Shown one piece after another: positions 48,689 to 58,814 of a stretch of DNA of 64,000 bases. The notes under the pieces were generated by a model. It searched no databases. It saw nothing but the letters and a program-made list of their open reading frames with translations, and was not told the origin of the DNA. Made by a program: the position numbers and the translations under genes. Numbering within the stretch: position 1 is the first letter of the stretch; each line of letters begins with the position of its first letter. The stretch is from Bacteroidales bacterium (GTDB taxonomy: Bacteria > Bacteroidota > Bacteroidia > Bacteroidales > JAUNSR01). The stretch lies in NCBI GenBank assembly GCA_030539115.1, contig JAUNSR010000003.1, positions 94,636-158,635 of the forward strand. Reading direction: 5' to 3'.

Positions 48689-48727
48689 TATACTCTTATA
48701 TAACTGAATTTTTAAATCTATTTACTT

Positions 48728-51700
48728 ATGAAATTTCGAAAAGAAATCTTTTTTTCAATTTTGGCTTTTCTAAATTTTAATTTTTATGTTTTTGGAGATA
48801 ATTTACCTTCAAATTCAGAAAATATTAACAGTGTAGAAAAACAAAAGGCTACTGTTTCTGAGAAGGAATATGTAAGCAATGAATTAAATCCAGAAGTTAA
48901 TTCAAATTCTATTAGCATTAGTCAGCAAAATTCTATTAATGTTAAAGGACAAGTTGTTGATGCATCCAATGGAGACCCACTTATTGGAGTAAGCATTATG
49001 TTGGAAAGCAATCCAACTCAAGGAACCACCACTGATATAGATGGTAATTTTTCTATTACAGTGCCAAGTAATGAAAGCCTTGTATTTACCTATGTAGGTT
49101 ATAAGAAAAATGTTGTAAAAGTTAATGGAAAGACACAGATTTCAATAAAAATGGAGCCTGACAACGAAACTCTTGATGAGGTAGTTGTAGTAGGTTACGG
49201 CACGCAAAAGAAAGTAAGTGTTATTGGTTCCATTTCAACAGTAAGTGCTAAGCAGTTAAAAACACCCGTTGCAAAAATTTCTTCAAATTTAGCCGGTCAG
49301 CTTTCAGGTATTATTGCTTATCAAAGAAGTGGTGAGCCCGGCACAGGTTCTACTTTTTGGATTAGAGGTGTATCATCCTTTAGCGGAACAACCACTCCAC
49401 TTGTTTTAGTAGATGGTATTGAGCGTAGTATAGACCTTGTGGATCCTGAAGATATTAAAGATTTTTCAGTTTTAAAAGATGCATCGGCAACAGCTATATA
49501 TGGTGTAAGAGGTGCAAATGGAGTTGTATTAATTACAACAAATTCAGGACAGGAGGGAAAAGCTAAAATATCTGCTCGTTTTGAAACCGGTGTAGTAGCC
49601 CCTACAAAGGTTCCTGAAACAGCAAGTGCTCTTCAATTTGCTGAAATGTATAATGAAGCATATGGATATAATTATTTTTCCGAAGAAGCAATGGAGGCTT
49701 ATAAAACAGGAAGCAACCCTGATTTATATCCTAATGTCGATTGGATGGATAACATTTTCAAAAAAAATTCTTTCAATAGAAGAGGTAATGTTTCCGTAAG
49801 CGGAGGTGCTAAAATTGTTAAGTATTACATTTCCGGAGGTTATTACGGTGAAGATGGTTTGTTTAAAGTAGATGGAACAAAAAATTATAACACAGAATCA
49901 AATTACAATAAATATAATTTCCGATCAAACATTGATTTGCAGTTGGAAAAGAACACGGTATTAAATTTGAATTTGGCAACAGTTTTTGAACAGATTAACC
50001 GTCCCGGCACAGATGCAGGAGATATTTTTGATTATGCTCTTGTAACTCCAGCCAATGCTTTTCCAATAAGATATTCAACAGGAGAATATGCAGGTCCTGG
50101 TTCAGGTCAAGGTTCAAACCCTTATGCTTTGGTAACAGAAACAGGTTATAGACAATATTTTTATAATAATGCTCAAACATTAATTGGTTTGAATCATGAT
50201 TTTGGATGGTTGTTAAAAGGTTTGAAAGGAACAATTAAATATTCATTTGATGCTTATAACAGCCATTATCAAGGAAGAACAAGAACACCGGAACAGTATG
50301 GTCAGCCTGTTTATGATGAAGAGGGTAATCTTCATTTAACTCAGTTGGTACAAGGTTCTCAGACTCTTGGTTTTGGTTATTCAAGTAGTGGTAATCGTAG
50401 AAACTATCTTGAAGCATCTTTAAATTATGCACATAAATTTGGAGCTCATAGTTTAACAGGATTATTATTATTCCAACAATCACAAACCAACTATGTAGGT
50501 TCAAGTGCTACCACTTCTGATGCTGCTCTTCCATACAGAAATCAAGGTGTTGCAGGAAGAATAACTTATGATTATGATTTGAGATATTTTATAGAATTTA
50601 ATGCCGGTTATAACGGTTCAGAGAACTTTGCACCGGGAAATAGATTTGGATTTTTCCCTGCTGTAGCAGCCGGATGGTTGATATCAAATGAAAGTTTTTG
50701 GGAACCTCTTTCTGAGACTGTAGATATGTTAAAGATAAAAGGGTCTTGGGGTAAAGTCGGAAATGATAAGATTGGCGGTGACAGACGATTTATTTATCTT
50801 GGAACTATTAATAATTCAGCAGGTTCTTATTCTTTCGGTACAAATGCCGGAGGTCAGTCAGGTATAAGAATCGGTGATGAGGGAAATCCAAATGTAGGTT
50901 GGGAACAAGCAGATAAATTGGATTTAGGCTTTGATGTTTCTCTTTTTAATAGTTTGAAAATTCAATTTGATTACTTTAGAGAAAAACGTACAGGTATATT
51001 TCTACAACGTAAAGCAATTCCTGTATTTGCCGGATTGTCTACAAATCCTTATGTAAATATTGGAGAAATGCACAATAAGGGTATTGATGGATCTGTTGAT
51101 TTCAACAGAAAATTTGGAGAAGTATTAGTAACAGCAAAAGGTACATTTACTTTTGCAAGAAATGTTATTGTGAATATGGACCAACCGGATTGGGCTGAAT
51201 TGTATATGAATAGAACAGGTCAGGCACAATGGCAGTCTTATGGATATGTTTCTGATGGTCTTTTCCAAAGTCAGGAAGATATTGATTCTCACGCTGACCA
51301 ATCATTGTTCTCTCCAAAACCAGGAGATATAAAATATGTAGATTTAAATAACGATGGTGTAATTGATGAGCGTGATACTAAGCCTATTGGTTGGAGAAAC
51401 GTTCCTGAAATTGTTTTTGGTTTTGGTGCATCAGCATCTTGGAAAGGTTTTGATTTATCTTTATTTTTCCAAGGAAACGATCATGTACAGTTCTCAAAGA
51501 ATACATCTCTTGTAAGAGGCTTTTCTCCATCAACAGGTAATATCAATCAAGCTAATGTTCTTTCCGATTTGTATGGCAATTATTGGACTGAAGATAATCC
51601 GGATGCAAAATATCCAAGATTAACATCAGGAACAAATACCAACAACTCTCAATCTTCTGATTATTGGCTTGTAGATGGTAAATATATACGTTTGAAAAAT

Positions 51701-51892
51701 GCTGAATTGGGCTATGCTTTACCAAGAAAATTAGTTAATAAAATGAAATTGTCAGGATTGAGATTTTACCTGCAAGGACAAAATCTATTCTGTATAAGTC
51801 CATTTGATTTATGGGATCCTGATTTACAAACAGGTGCATCTTCTTACCCAACAACTAAAGTTGTCAGTATTGGTGTAAGTTTAGGAATTTAA
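48728..51892 (+). CDS. SusC/RagA-family TonB-dependent outer membrane transporter
   Basis: Carboxypeptidase-regulatory-like domain (VKGQVVDASNGDPLIGVSI), TonB box/plug (DEVVVVGYGTQKK), and a 1054-aa barrel. It is followed by a SusD-like gene. Confidence 0.95.
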   Translation: MKFRKEIFFSILAFLNFNFYVFGDNLPSNSENINSVEKQKATVSEKEYVSNELNPEVNSNSISISQQNSINVKGQVVDASNGDPLIGVSIMLESNPTQGTTTDIDGNFSITVPSNESLVFTYVGYKKNVVKVNGKTQISIKMEPDNETLDEVVVVGYGTQKKVSVIGSISTVSAKQLKTPVAKISSNLAGQLSGIIAYQRSGEPGTGSTFWIRGVSSFSGTTTPLVLVDGIERSIDLVDPEDIKDFSVLKDASATAIYGVRGANGVVLITTNSGQEGKAKISARFETGVVAPTKVPETASALQFAEMYNEAYGYNYFSEEAMEAYKTGSNPDLYPNVDWMDNIFKKNSFNRRGNVSVSGGAKIVKYYISGGYYGEDGLFKVDGTKNYNTESNYNKYNFRSNIDLQLEKNTVLNLNLATVFEQINRPGTDAGDIFDYALVTPANAFPIRYSTGEYAGPGSGQGSNPYALVTETGYRQYFYNNAQTLIGLNHDFGWLLKGLKGTIKYSFDAYNSHYQGRTRTPEQYGQPVYDEEGNLHLTQLVQGSQTLGFGYSSSGNRRNYLEASLNYAHKFGAHSLTGLLLFQQSQTNYVGSSATTSDAALPYRNQGVAGRITYDYDLRYFIEFNAGYNGSENFAPGNRFGFFPAVAAGWLISNESFWEPLSETVDMLKIKGSWGKVGNDKIGGDRRFIYLGTINNSAGSYSFGTNAGGQSGIRIGDEGNPNVGWEQADKLDLGFDVSLFNSLKIQFDYFREKRTGIFLQRKAIPVFAGLSTNPYVNIGEMHNKGIDGSVDFNRKFGEVLVTAKGTFTFARNVIVNMDQPDWAELYMNRTGQAQWQSYGYVSDGLFQSQEDIDSHADQSLFSPKPGDIKYVDLNNDGVIDERDTKPIGWRNVPEIVFGFGASASWKGFDLSLFFQGNDHVQFSKNTSLVRGFSPSTGNINQANVLSDLYGNYWTEDNPDAKYPRLTSGTNTNNSQSSDYWLVDGKYIRLKNAELGYALPRKLVNKMKLSGLRFYLQGQNLFCISPFDLWDPDLQTGASSYPTTKVVSIGVSLGI

Positions 51893-51917
51893 TCTTAACA
51901 AAAAATTTAATTGCAAT

Positions 51918-53864
51918 ATGAAAAATAAATATATAATATTGATGCTTTCTGTTATGCTCTGCAGTTGTGAGTCGTATCTTGACCGTCAGCCTGATGATAT
52001 GCTTACAGAAGAGTCTATTTGGGAAAAGCAAACAACTACATTAAGATATCTTTACAATGTTTATTCTTGGACTCCAAATGATACTGATCCTTCCGGTCAG
52101 GTGATGGCAGACCATTTATCTACAGATGAATTAACTTGCGCTTATCCAAACCGTTTTTATGAACTTGTAATACACAATACATTTGCACCTTTAACAGGAG
52201 GTGATTCTTATAGAACATACCCTTATACATATATGTATCGTGGAATAAGAGAGGCTACAATCTTTATAAAAAATGTTGATAGATGTCCTGAACTTTCTGA
52301 TGATGAGAAGGTGCTTTATAAGTCAGAAGCTCAATTTCTACGTGCATTCTATTATTATAGATTAATGAAACTTTTTGGACCTGTAATTTTTTCGGGAGAT
52401 GAATTGGTTGATTTTTCTTCTGCTAATATAAAAAATGCTGATAGGGCACCTTGGCAAACAATTGTTGACTGGGTTTGTGAGCAACTTGATGAAGCTGCAT
52501 CTAAATTACCTGATGCAAATGCTTGGGGTGAGGCTTGGCAGGGAAGAGCAACTCGTGGAGCAGCAATGGCTGTTAAAGCAAGATTGTTGCTTTATAGTGC
52601 AAGACCTCTATTTAATGGTCAAAATGGAACTCATATATATGACAATGTAAAAAATAAAGATGGAGAATTGTTGTTTAATACAACCTATGATGAGTCAAGA
52701 TGGAGAACTGCTGCGCAGGCTGCAAAAGCAATTATCGATTTAAACGAATATGCTCTTGTTGATGATTCTGAAAAAGAAAATGATATGGAGAGAGCAATGG
52801 AAAATCTTCAGAATCTTTATGTTCAGCGTTTGGCAAATACTGAGTTGATTTATACTATACAAAAAGGTGCTGATGCATGGAAAGTCGTTGCTATTCCAAC
52901 AGCAATTATTAGTGGTGCAACTTCTTATGGCGGTGTTGCTCCTACTCAGAAAATTGTTGATGCTTTTGCAAGCGCTAATGGATATTATCCTATTAAAACT
53001 GATTATTTTGATACCAAAGAATATGCTCAGGGAGCAAATGTTCCTGAATCTGCTATAGATTCAAGGTCAAATTACACTGAAGAAGGTCACAAATCTATGA
53101 TACATCCGTTGTTTGCTTTTGTTAATCCTAAATATGCTCAGGCAAGAGAGACAATGAATATGTATGTAGGCAGAGAGCCTCGTTTCTATAGAAATATTAT
53201 TTGGAGTAATACTCAGTATGTAGAAAATATCACTACAGGTGATGTCCATCTTTATGCAGGCGGTAAGTCAGGACCGGAAACTTCTCACAACTATAGTCCA
53301 ACAGGTTATCTTCCATTAAAATGGATTGACTCCCGTCAGTCTCATAAAGATGGATGGGGTGCAATTTCTTGGCCGGTATTCAGACTAGGAGGTGTTTATT
53401 TGGATTATATAGAAGCATTAAATGAGTATGATCCTAATAATGCTGATATTCTTCTTTATTGGAATAAATTACGTCACAGGGCAGGAGTACCAGATATTGA
53501 TGAACTGTATCCTGAAATTAAAGGCAACAAAGAATTGCAAAGAAAATATATTCAACGTGAACGTATGGTTGAGATGTGTTTTGAACAACAACGTTACTAT
53601 GACACCCGTACTTGGATGATTGCTTCTGTTTCTGAAAACGGATACGTAATAGGTTGCAATATTAAACAAAAAACAGATGCAATGAACAGTGCATTTTGGA
53701 CCAGGGTGCCTATTGGAGACCCTACTTATGGATATGGTGAAGGTACAGTGCTCGGCAAACATGTGTTTGAGGATAAGAATTATCTTTATCCATTTAATCA
53801 AGAGGAAATAGACCGTGTTCCGGCTCTTAATCAATCAAATAATTACGGTTGGACCACAAAATAG
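51918..53864 (+). CDS. SusD/RagB-family nutrient-binding lipoprotein
   Basis: Lipobox LCSC, and TPR-like SusD blocks (EAQFLRAFYYYRLMKLFGPV, RFYRNI). It directly follows SusC. Confidence 0.9.
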   Translation: MKNKYIILMLSVMLCSCESYLDRQPDDMLTEESIWEKQTTTLRYLYNVYSWTPNDTDPSGQVMADHLSTDELTCAYPNRFYELVIHNTFAPLTGGDSYRTYPYTYMYRGIREATIFIKNVDRCPELSDDEKVLYKSEAQFLRAFYYYRLMKLFGPVIFSGDELVDFSSANIKNADRAPWQTIVDWVCEQLDEAASKLPDANAWGEAWQGRATRGAAMAVKARLLLYSARPLFNGQNGTHIYDNVKNKDGELLFNTTYDESRWRTAAQAAKAIIDLNEYALVDDSEKENDMERAMENLQNLYVQRLANTELIYTIQKGADAWKVVAIPTAIISGATSYGGVAPTQKIVDAFASANGYYPIKTDYFDTKEYAQGANVPESAIDSRSNYTEEGHKSMIHPLFAFVNPKYAQARETMNMYVGREPRFYRNIIWSNTQYVENITTGDVHLYAGGKSGPETSHNYSPTGYLPLKWIDSRQSHKDGWGAISWPVFRLGGVYLDYIEALNEYDPNNADILLYWNKLRHRAGVPDIDELYPEIKGNKELQRKYIQRERMVEMCFEQQRYYDTRTWMIASVSENGYVIGCNIKQKTDAMNSAFWTRVPIGDPTYGYGEGTVLGKHVFEDKNYLYPFNQEEIDRVPALNQSNNYGWTTK

Positions 53865-53884
53865 ATTAAACTATATTATACATT

Positions 53885-55342
53885 ATGAATATAATAAAAT
53901 TTAAAAATATAGCATTATTTGCAGCAACTCTTGCAATTATGCCATCTTGTGAGGAAAATCACATAAATGATAATCTTTATGAGCCAGCTGTTTATCTTGT
54001 GGATAATATGACAAATGGTATTTGCTCTACTGATAAGATTTATGATATACAAGATCAATATGAATATCCGGTTTATGCTTATTGTTCCGGATTCAATGAA
54101 GGTGATGCAGATGTAAGTATATCAGCAAACCCCGGTATATTGGATTATTATAATACTACTACAGAATCTCAATATAAGTTGCTTCCTGATGATTGCTATA
54201 AGATAACAACTGCTTCATCTAAGATAAGTAACAGAAAAGCAAAAATGATTGTTAATTTTGATATTAAGAAGATTATTGTTTTATCTAATGTTGAGGATTA
54301 CTCAGACTTGAGTGAGTATGTTTTACCTATTGCATTAAAGTCTGATGCGGGAACTCCTGTTTCTACAAAAGATACTCTTCTTGGTTTTACAATTGTAAGT
54401 CCAATAATTGAAAAGGCTTCTGCAATTATTTCTTCAACAAGTATTGTAGATAATCAATTTAAGGTAACTCTAAAATTGCCTTTTGAGAATGCATGGAAAG
54501 CTGAATATGACATTGATTTTGGTTCTGTTGAGATGAATGAAGCTGCTACAGGATTGGGAAATTCTCTCCCTGCTTTCTATAATCTTTCAGAATTACCTCA
54601 GGGAACAACTATAGAAAACGAGGATGTTAGAACTATGGAACCTGGAACAAGTGAAGTAACTTATACCGTCACTCTCCCAACTCAAACTACTCCTGCTGTT
54701 CAAATTTATAAAGTCGTTCTTAACAATTTTAAGCTTGATGGAGTTGAAATACCTGTTGACGGTGATAAAATACAATATTTTATGACATCAAATATGACAT
54801 ACAGCCCTACTGTTGATAGAGAAAATACTGCCAATGATAATGCTTATTTTGGAAAAGGATTAAGCAATTATGCAGCATGGAAGAGCTTTACACTTGTCGA
54901 TAGAAGCAAATTAAATTTTGTTTCAGAGTCTGCCAACAATCCTGTAAGCAGTGCTTTCGATGGTCAAACAAGTACTTTCTGGGATAATAACTGGGGCGGT
55001 GGTTATGGACCAAGTACCATTCCTTTTAATGCTGTTCTTGATTTAGGATATGTTACTGATGTTGACGCTATTGAAGTATGGAGAAGACCGGGTACGTATG
55101 TTACAGATACAAAAGCTTTTGAAGTTTATGCTGCTGATCAGGTTGATGCTAATGGTGAGACTATTCAATATGGTAAATTATCTTATCTTGGATTAGTAGA
55201 TTTTGGCAACAGCAACAATGTTAACAGACTTATGTATCAAATGATAAATAATGCCAAGACTCAATATTTAATATTGAGATTTGTTCAGGCTAATAGAACA
55301 AATTGTATTTCGGTTGCTGAATTTAATTTATGGCATAGATAA
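53885..55342 (+). CDS. Surface lipoprotein with a DUF1735-like N-terminal region and a C-terminal F5/8 type C (discoidin) domain
   Basis: Lipobox MPSC. The C-terminal NPVSSAFDGQTSTFWDNNWGG...VAEFNLW is typical of discoidin carbohydrate-binding modules. It is the third gene of the PUL. Confidence 0.7.
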   Translation: MNIIKFKNIALFAATLAIMPSCEENHINDNLYEPAVYLVDNMTNGICSTDKIYDIQDQYEYPVYAYCSGFNEGDADVSISANPGILDYYNTTTESQYKLLPDDCYKITTASSKISNRKAKMIVNFDIKKIIVLSNVEDYSDLSEYVLPIALKSDAGTPVSTKDTLLGFTIVSPIIEKASAIISSTSIVDNQFKVTLKLPFENAWKAEYDIDFGSVEMNEAATGLGNSLPAFYNLSELPQGTTIENEDVRTMEPGTSEVTYTVTLPTQTTPAVQIYKVVLNNFKLDGVEIPVDGDKIQYFMTSNMTYSPTVDRENTANDNAYFGKGLSNYAAWKSFTLVDRSKLNFVSESANNPVSSAFDGQTSTFWDNNWGGGYGPSTIPFNAVLDLGYVTDVDAIEVWRRPGTYVTDTKAFEVYAADQVDANGETIQYGKLSYLGLVDFGNSNNVNRLMYQMINNAKTQYLILRFVQANRTNCISVAEFNLWHR

Positions 55343-55392
55343 AATTTATTATATATATTATATATTCTAAATTTTAATTTAGACATTTATTT

Positions 55393-55435
55393 AAACGCAT
55401 CTCGATAGTTTTTAACTTTGGAGATGCGTTTTTTA
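55393..55435 (+). terminator. Rho-independent terminator between the discoidin-domain gene and the GH20 gene
   Basis: AAACGCATCTC / GAGATGCGTTT forms an 11-bp stem, followed by TTTTAT. Confidence 0.7.
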
Positions 55436-55530
55436 TATAATCATTTATTTTTGCATTTTAAATAAAAAGTTCCTTAAATTCTGATTTTGTCCTTTTTACG
55501 TAGCTTTCCATATTAATAATTATTTATATC

Positions 55531-57135
55531 ATGAAAATTAAAAGTCTTTTCTTAATTTCTCTTTTAAGCGTCTTTTTTTCGTGTGAAAAGCGTCCAATTG
55601 AAGAATACTCTATTCTTCCTGCACCACAATCAATAGGAGAATATCAACAAGGTGTTTACAAGCTTGGCAAGAATGTAACAATTGCCTATAACGGTGATTT
55701 AAAAAATGAAGCCGATTTTCTTCAATCTAAACTAAATCAAAAATTTTCTTTAGAATCGAATATTAAAGCTGATGCTCAAAAGGGAAATATTGTTTTAAAA
55801 ATTGATGATTCCAAAAATTCTGATAAAGAGGGTGCTTATAAACTGCAGGTAACATCTAAGGGTGTTGAAATCAGCTCAGGAAACAGTGCAGGTATATTCT
55901 ATGGAATAGAATCAGCCCTTCAAATTATTAAAAATGAAAATGGAAAATTTTATGTTCAAAAGGGTGTAATCGACGATTATCCTGCTTTTGAATGGCGTGC
56001 ATTTATGCTCGATGAGGGTAGATATTTTAAAGGGATGGATGTCGTTAAACAGCTTCTTGATGATATGTCCTCTTTAAAAATGAATATCTTTCATTGGCAT
56101 CTTACAGATGACCAGGGATGGAGAATACAGATTGATAAATATCCTTTGCTAACAGAGGTTGGATCTAAAAGAGATTCAACTCAAATAGGTAATTGGAGCA
56201 GTTCGAAATATGACGGCACTCCTCATGCCGGTTTTTATACTAAAGATCAAGTAAGAGAAATTCTTAAATATGCAGAACAAAGACATATTACAGTTGTTCC
56301 TGAAATTGAGATGCCTGGTCATTCAAGTGCTGCAATTGCCGCTTATCCATGGTTAGGTTCAGGTAAGAATCAGATTACTGTTCCTTGCCGTTTTGGCGTT
56401 TCTGAGGATGTATATGATATTTCAAAACCTGAAGTAGTTAATTTTTTATATGATGTAATTGATGAAGTTGCTGAACTTTTCCCATCAAAAGTATTTCATA
56501 TAGGCGGTGATGAGGTTATGTATCAGCATTGGCTTTCCTCTCCAACTATTATGAAATATATGAAAAGCAATAACATCAATGATCCTGCAGCATTACAAGT
56601 TAACTTTACCAATAATGTGTCAAACAAACTTTCTAAGATTGGTAAGAGAATGATGGGATGGAATGAAATTACAGGGGATAAGATTCATGACTATCAAAAA
56701 TCTAAATCTATTGCTGAATCAAACCAGGAACTTTCAAAAGATGCTATTGTCCATTTTTGGAGATTTGAGCAAAATTTGATGGAAAAGAGTGCAAAAAATG
56801 GATATGATATTGTTAATTCAAACAATAATTACACATATATTGATTATAGTTATGAAGGAATTCCTTTGTCAAAAGCTTATTCTTTCTCTCCAATTCCTGA
56901 AAATTTCCCGGAAGAATTAAAAAGTAAGATTATCGGCTCCGGTTGTCAAATGTGGGGTGAATGGATTCCTAATGTAGATGCAATGAATGAAAAGGTTTAT
57001 CCGCGTATTGCCGCTTATGCTGAATGTGGATGGACTAATTCTACCAATAAGGATTATGACAATTTCAAAGTAAGATTACAGCCGATAGTTGATCAATGGG
57101 TGTCTGAGGGTAAGAAAGTTGGTCCTATTGACTAA
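55531..57135 (+). CDS. Beta-N-acetylhexosaminidase, glycoside hydrolase family 20
   Basis: FHWHLTDDQGWR, EIEMPGH, and HIGGDEV, the catalytic D-E pair region. Lipoprotein signal FFSC. Confidence 0.92.
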   Translation: MKIKSLFLISLLSVFFSCEKRPIEEYSILPAPQSIGEYQQGVYKLGKNVTIAYNGDLKNEADFLQSKLNQKFSLESNIKADAQKGNIVLKIDDSKNSDKEGAYKLQVTSKGVEISSGNSAGIFYGIESALQIIKNENGKFYVQKGVIDDYPAFEWRAFMLDEGRYFKGMDVVKQLLDDMSSLKMNIFHWHLTDDQGWRIQIDKYPLLTEVGSKRDSTQIGNWSSSKYDGTPHAGFYTKDQVREILKYAEQRHITVVPEIEMPGHSSAAIAAYPWLGSGKNQITVPCRFGVSEDVYDISKPEVVNFLYDVIDEVAELFPSKVFHIGGDEVMYQHWLSSPTIMKYMKSNNINDPAALQVNFTNNVSNKLSKIGKRMMGWNEITGDKIHDYQKSKSIAESNQELSKDAIVHFWRFEQNLMEKSAKNGYDIVNSNNNYTYIDYSYEGIPLSKAYSFSPIPENFPEELKSKIIGSGCQMWGEWIPNVDAMNEKVYPRIAAYAECGWTNSTNKDYDNFKVRLQPIVDQWVSEGKKVGPID

Positions 57136-57371
57136 TTGATAATTTCAGATACAGTAAAATCTATAAATAATTTTTTATCATAGGATTATTATTAATTTTA
57201 AAAAGAGCAATTGAAAATAATGAATATTTTTCAACTGCTCTTTTTATTGTCATATCTAATTGTACAATCTTTAATAAGATGATTTGGAACCAAATTTTAT
57301 TATAATTGACAAACAAAAAACAAATATGAAGCCTTGAGTTTTGGCGCTCGTTTCGCCATATTGTTTGAAAC

Positions 57372-57397
57372 AAAAAAACCTGCATCACTGCAGGTTT
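57372..57397 (-). terminator. Rho-independent terminator after the tRNA-Asn pair
   Basis: The minus strand reads AAACCTGCA gtga TGCAGGTTT followed by a TTTTTTTG run. Confidence 0.7.
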
Positions 57398-57402
57398 TAA
57401 AG

Positions 57403-57476
57403 CTCTTCAGGTTGGGCTTGAACCAACGACCCCCTGATTAACAGTCAGGTGCTCTAACCAACTGAGCTACTGAAGA
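57403..57476 (-). tRNA. tRNA-Asn (anticodon GTT), copy 1
   Basis: Manual fold of TCTTCAGTAGCTCAGTTGGTTAGAGCACCTGACTGTTAATCAGGGGGTCGTTGGTTCAAGCCCAACCTGAAGAG, with anticodon loop CTGTTAA. Confidence 0.92.
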
Positions 57477-57498
57477 ATGTTTACTTGAAAAATTTGGG

Positions 57499-57572
57499 CT
57501 CTTCAGGTTGGGCTTGAACCAACGACCCCCTGATTAACAGTCAGGTGCTCTAACCAACTGAGCTACTGAAGA
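57499..57572 (-). tRNA. tRNA-Asn (anticodon GTT), copy 2, identical to copy 1
   Basis: The same 74-nt sequence recurs 96 bp further along. Confidence 0.92.
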
Positions 57573-57627
57573 GTGTTTTTAGCAATTCTTAAGATGATTT
57601 CGGATGTCCCTCTCTCAAATTGCATTG

Positions 57628-57635
57628 CAAAAGTA
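57628..57635 (-). promoter_or_regulatory. Candidate -7 box TACTTTTG for the tRNA-Asn operon
   Basis: The minus strand reads atTACTTTTGCAAtg, the same TACTTTTGCAA core as the tRNA-Leu promoter. Confidence 0.45.
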
Positions 57636-57685
57636 ATGTGTGTTTTCGAATTATGCAATATCTTTGACAAAAAAATTTATAGAAA

Positions 57686-58669
57686 ATGAAAGTACTCGGT
57701 ATAGGCAACGCCTTAGTTGATATTCTAACAAACTTAGATTCAGACGCTTATTTCGAAGAAATGGGTTTAATAAAAGAGGGAATGAAATTAATAAATGAGA
57801 AAGAATTAATAAAAATCACCTCTATTATTGAAAAAATGGACTCAAAAATCGCTTCCGGCGGTTCATCTTCGAATACGATATCGGGCTTGTCACGAATGAA
57901 TATAGAATGTGGGTTTATAGGAAAAGTCGGGTATGATTCTTATGGAGATTTTTATCGTGATGATTTAATTAATAATGGCGTTAAGCCTTTTCTTGAAGAA
58001 TCAGACCTTCCATCCGGATGTGCTTTGTGTATGATTACACCTAATGGAGAAAGGACTATGGGAACCTATCTTGGAGCTGCATCAACATTGCATAGCAATG
58101 ATCTTCAAGAAAGTGTGTTCTCACAGTATGATCTTTTACATGCCGAAGGTTATCTTGTGCAGGATAATAATCTTATTTTATCTGCTTTTAAAATGGCCAA
58201 GAATGCAGGATTAAAAATATCTCTTGATCTTGCCAGCTTTAACATTATCAATGAAGATAAAGATTTCTTCAAGATGTTGGTAAAAGATTATGTTGATATA
58301 GCTTTTGCTAATGAAGAGGAGGCTTTTGCATATACTTCGACAAATGACCCTTTACAGGCTCTCGATATGCTCTCAAAAGACTGCGGAATAGCAGTGGTAA
58401 AAGTTGGCGCACATGGTTCTTTTGTAAAAAAAGGCGATGAGGTATTTGAGGCTAAAGCTATCAAAGCAGATTGTGTTGATACAACAGGAGCAGGCGATTT
58501 ATATGCTGCAGGGTTTATCTTTGGCTTGAGTAAAAATTTTAATTTAGGAAAATGTGCTCAGATAGGTTCTATACTTTCCGGTAATGTGGTTGAGGTAGTA
58601 GGTACTAAAATGGATGATAATCGATGGAATAAAATTAAAGAAACTATTAAAAAGGAACATCTCGATTAG
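57686..58669 (+). CDS. PfkB-family carbohydrate/nucleoside kinase (adenosine-kinase-like)
   Basis: DTTGAGDLYAAGF, the PfkB signature 2, and N-terminal GNALVDIL. Confidence 0.85.
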   Translation: MKVLGIGNALVDILTNLDSDAYFEEMGLIKEGMKLINEKELIKITSIIEKMDSKIASGGSSSNTISGLSRMNIECGFIGKVGYDSYGDFYRDDLINNGVKPFLEESDLPSGCALCMITPNGERTMGTYLGAASTLHSNDLQESVFSQYDLLHAEGYLVQDNNLILSAFKMAKNAGLKISLDLASFNIINEDKDFFKMLVKDYVDIAFANEEEAFAYTSTNDPLQALDMLSKDCGIAVVKVGAHGSFVKKGDEVFEAKAIKADCVDTTGAGDLYAAGFIFGLSKNFNLGKCAQIGSILSGNVVEVVGTKMDDNRWNKIKETIKKEHLD

Positions 58670-58814
58670 TCTTTTTTATAAAGGCTAATTATCACTTTTT
58701 ATCAAACTTTTTAATTAAATAATGTCTAAAATAAACTCTTTTCTTCATTCATAAGGCTATTTGTTATAATTTAGAGCCCTTATAATAGAAAACTGCTTAT
58801 TTAAATTTTAAAAT

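Noticed and set aside
49995-50504. Minus-strand ORFs (79 and 89 aa) inside the SusC-like gene
   Set aside because: They are nested antisense in a strongly supported 1054-aa TonB-dependent transporter frame.
57161-57388. 75-aa minus-strand ORF between GH20 and the tRNA-Asn genes
   Set aside because: It is AT-rich and low-complexity, runs into the tRNA terminator hairpin, and has no motifs.
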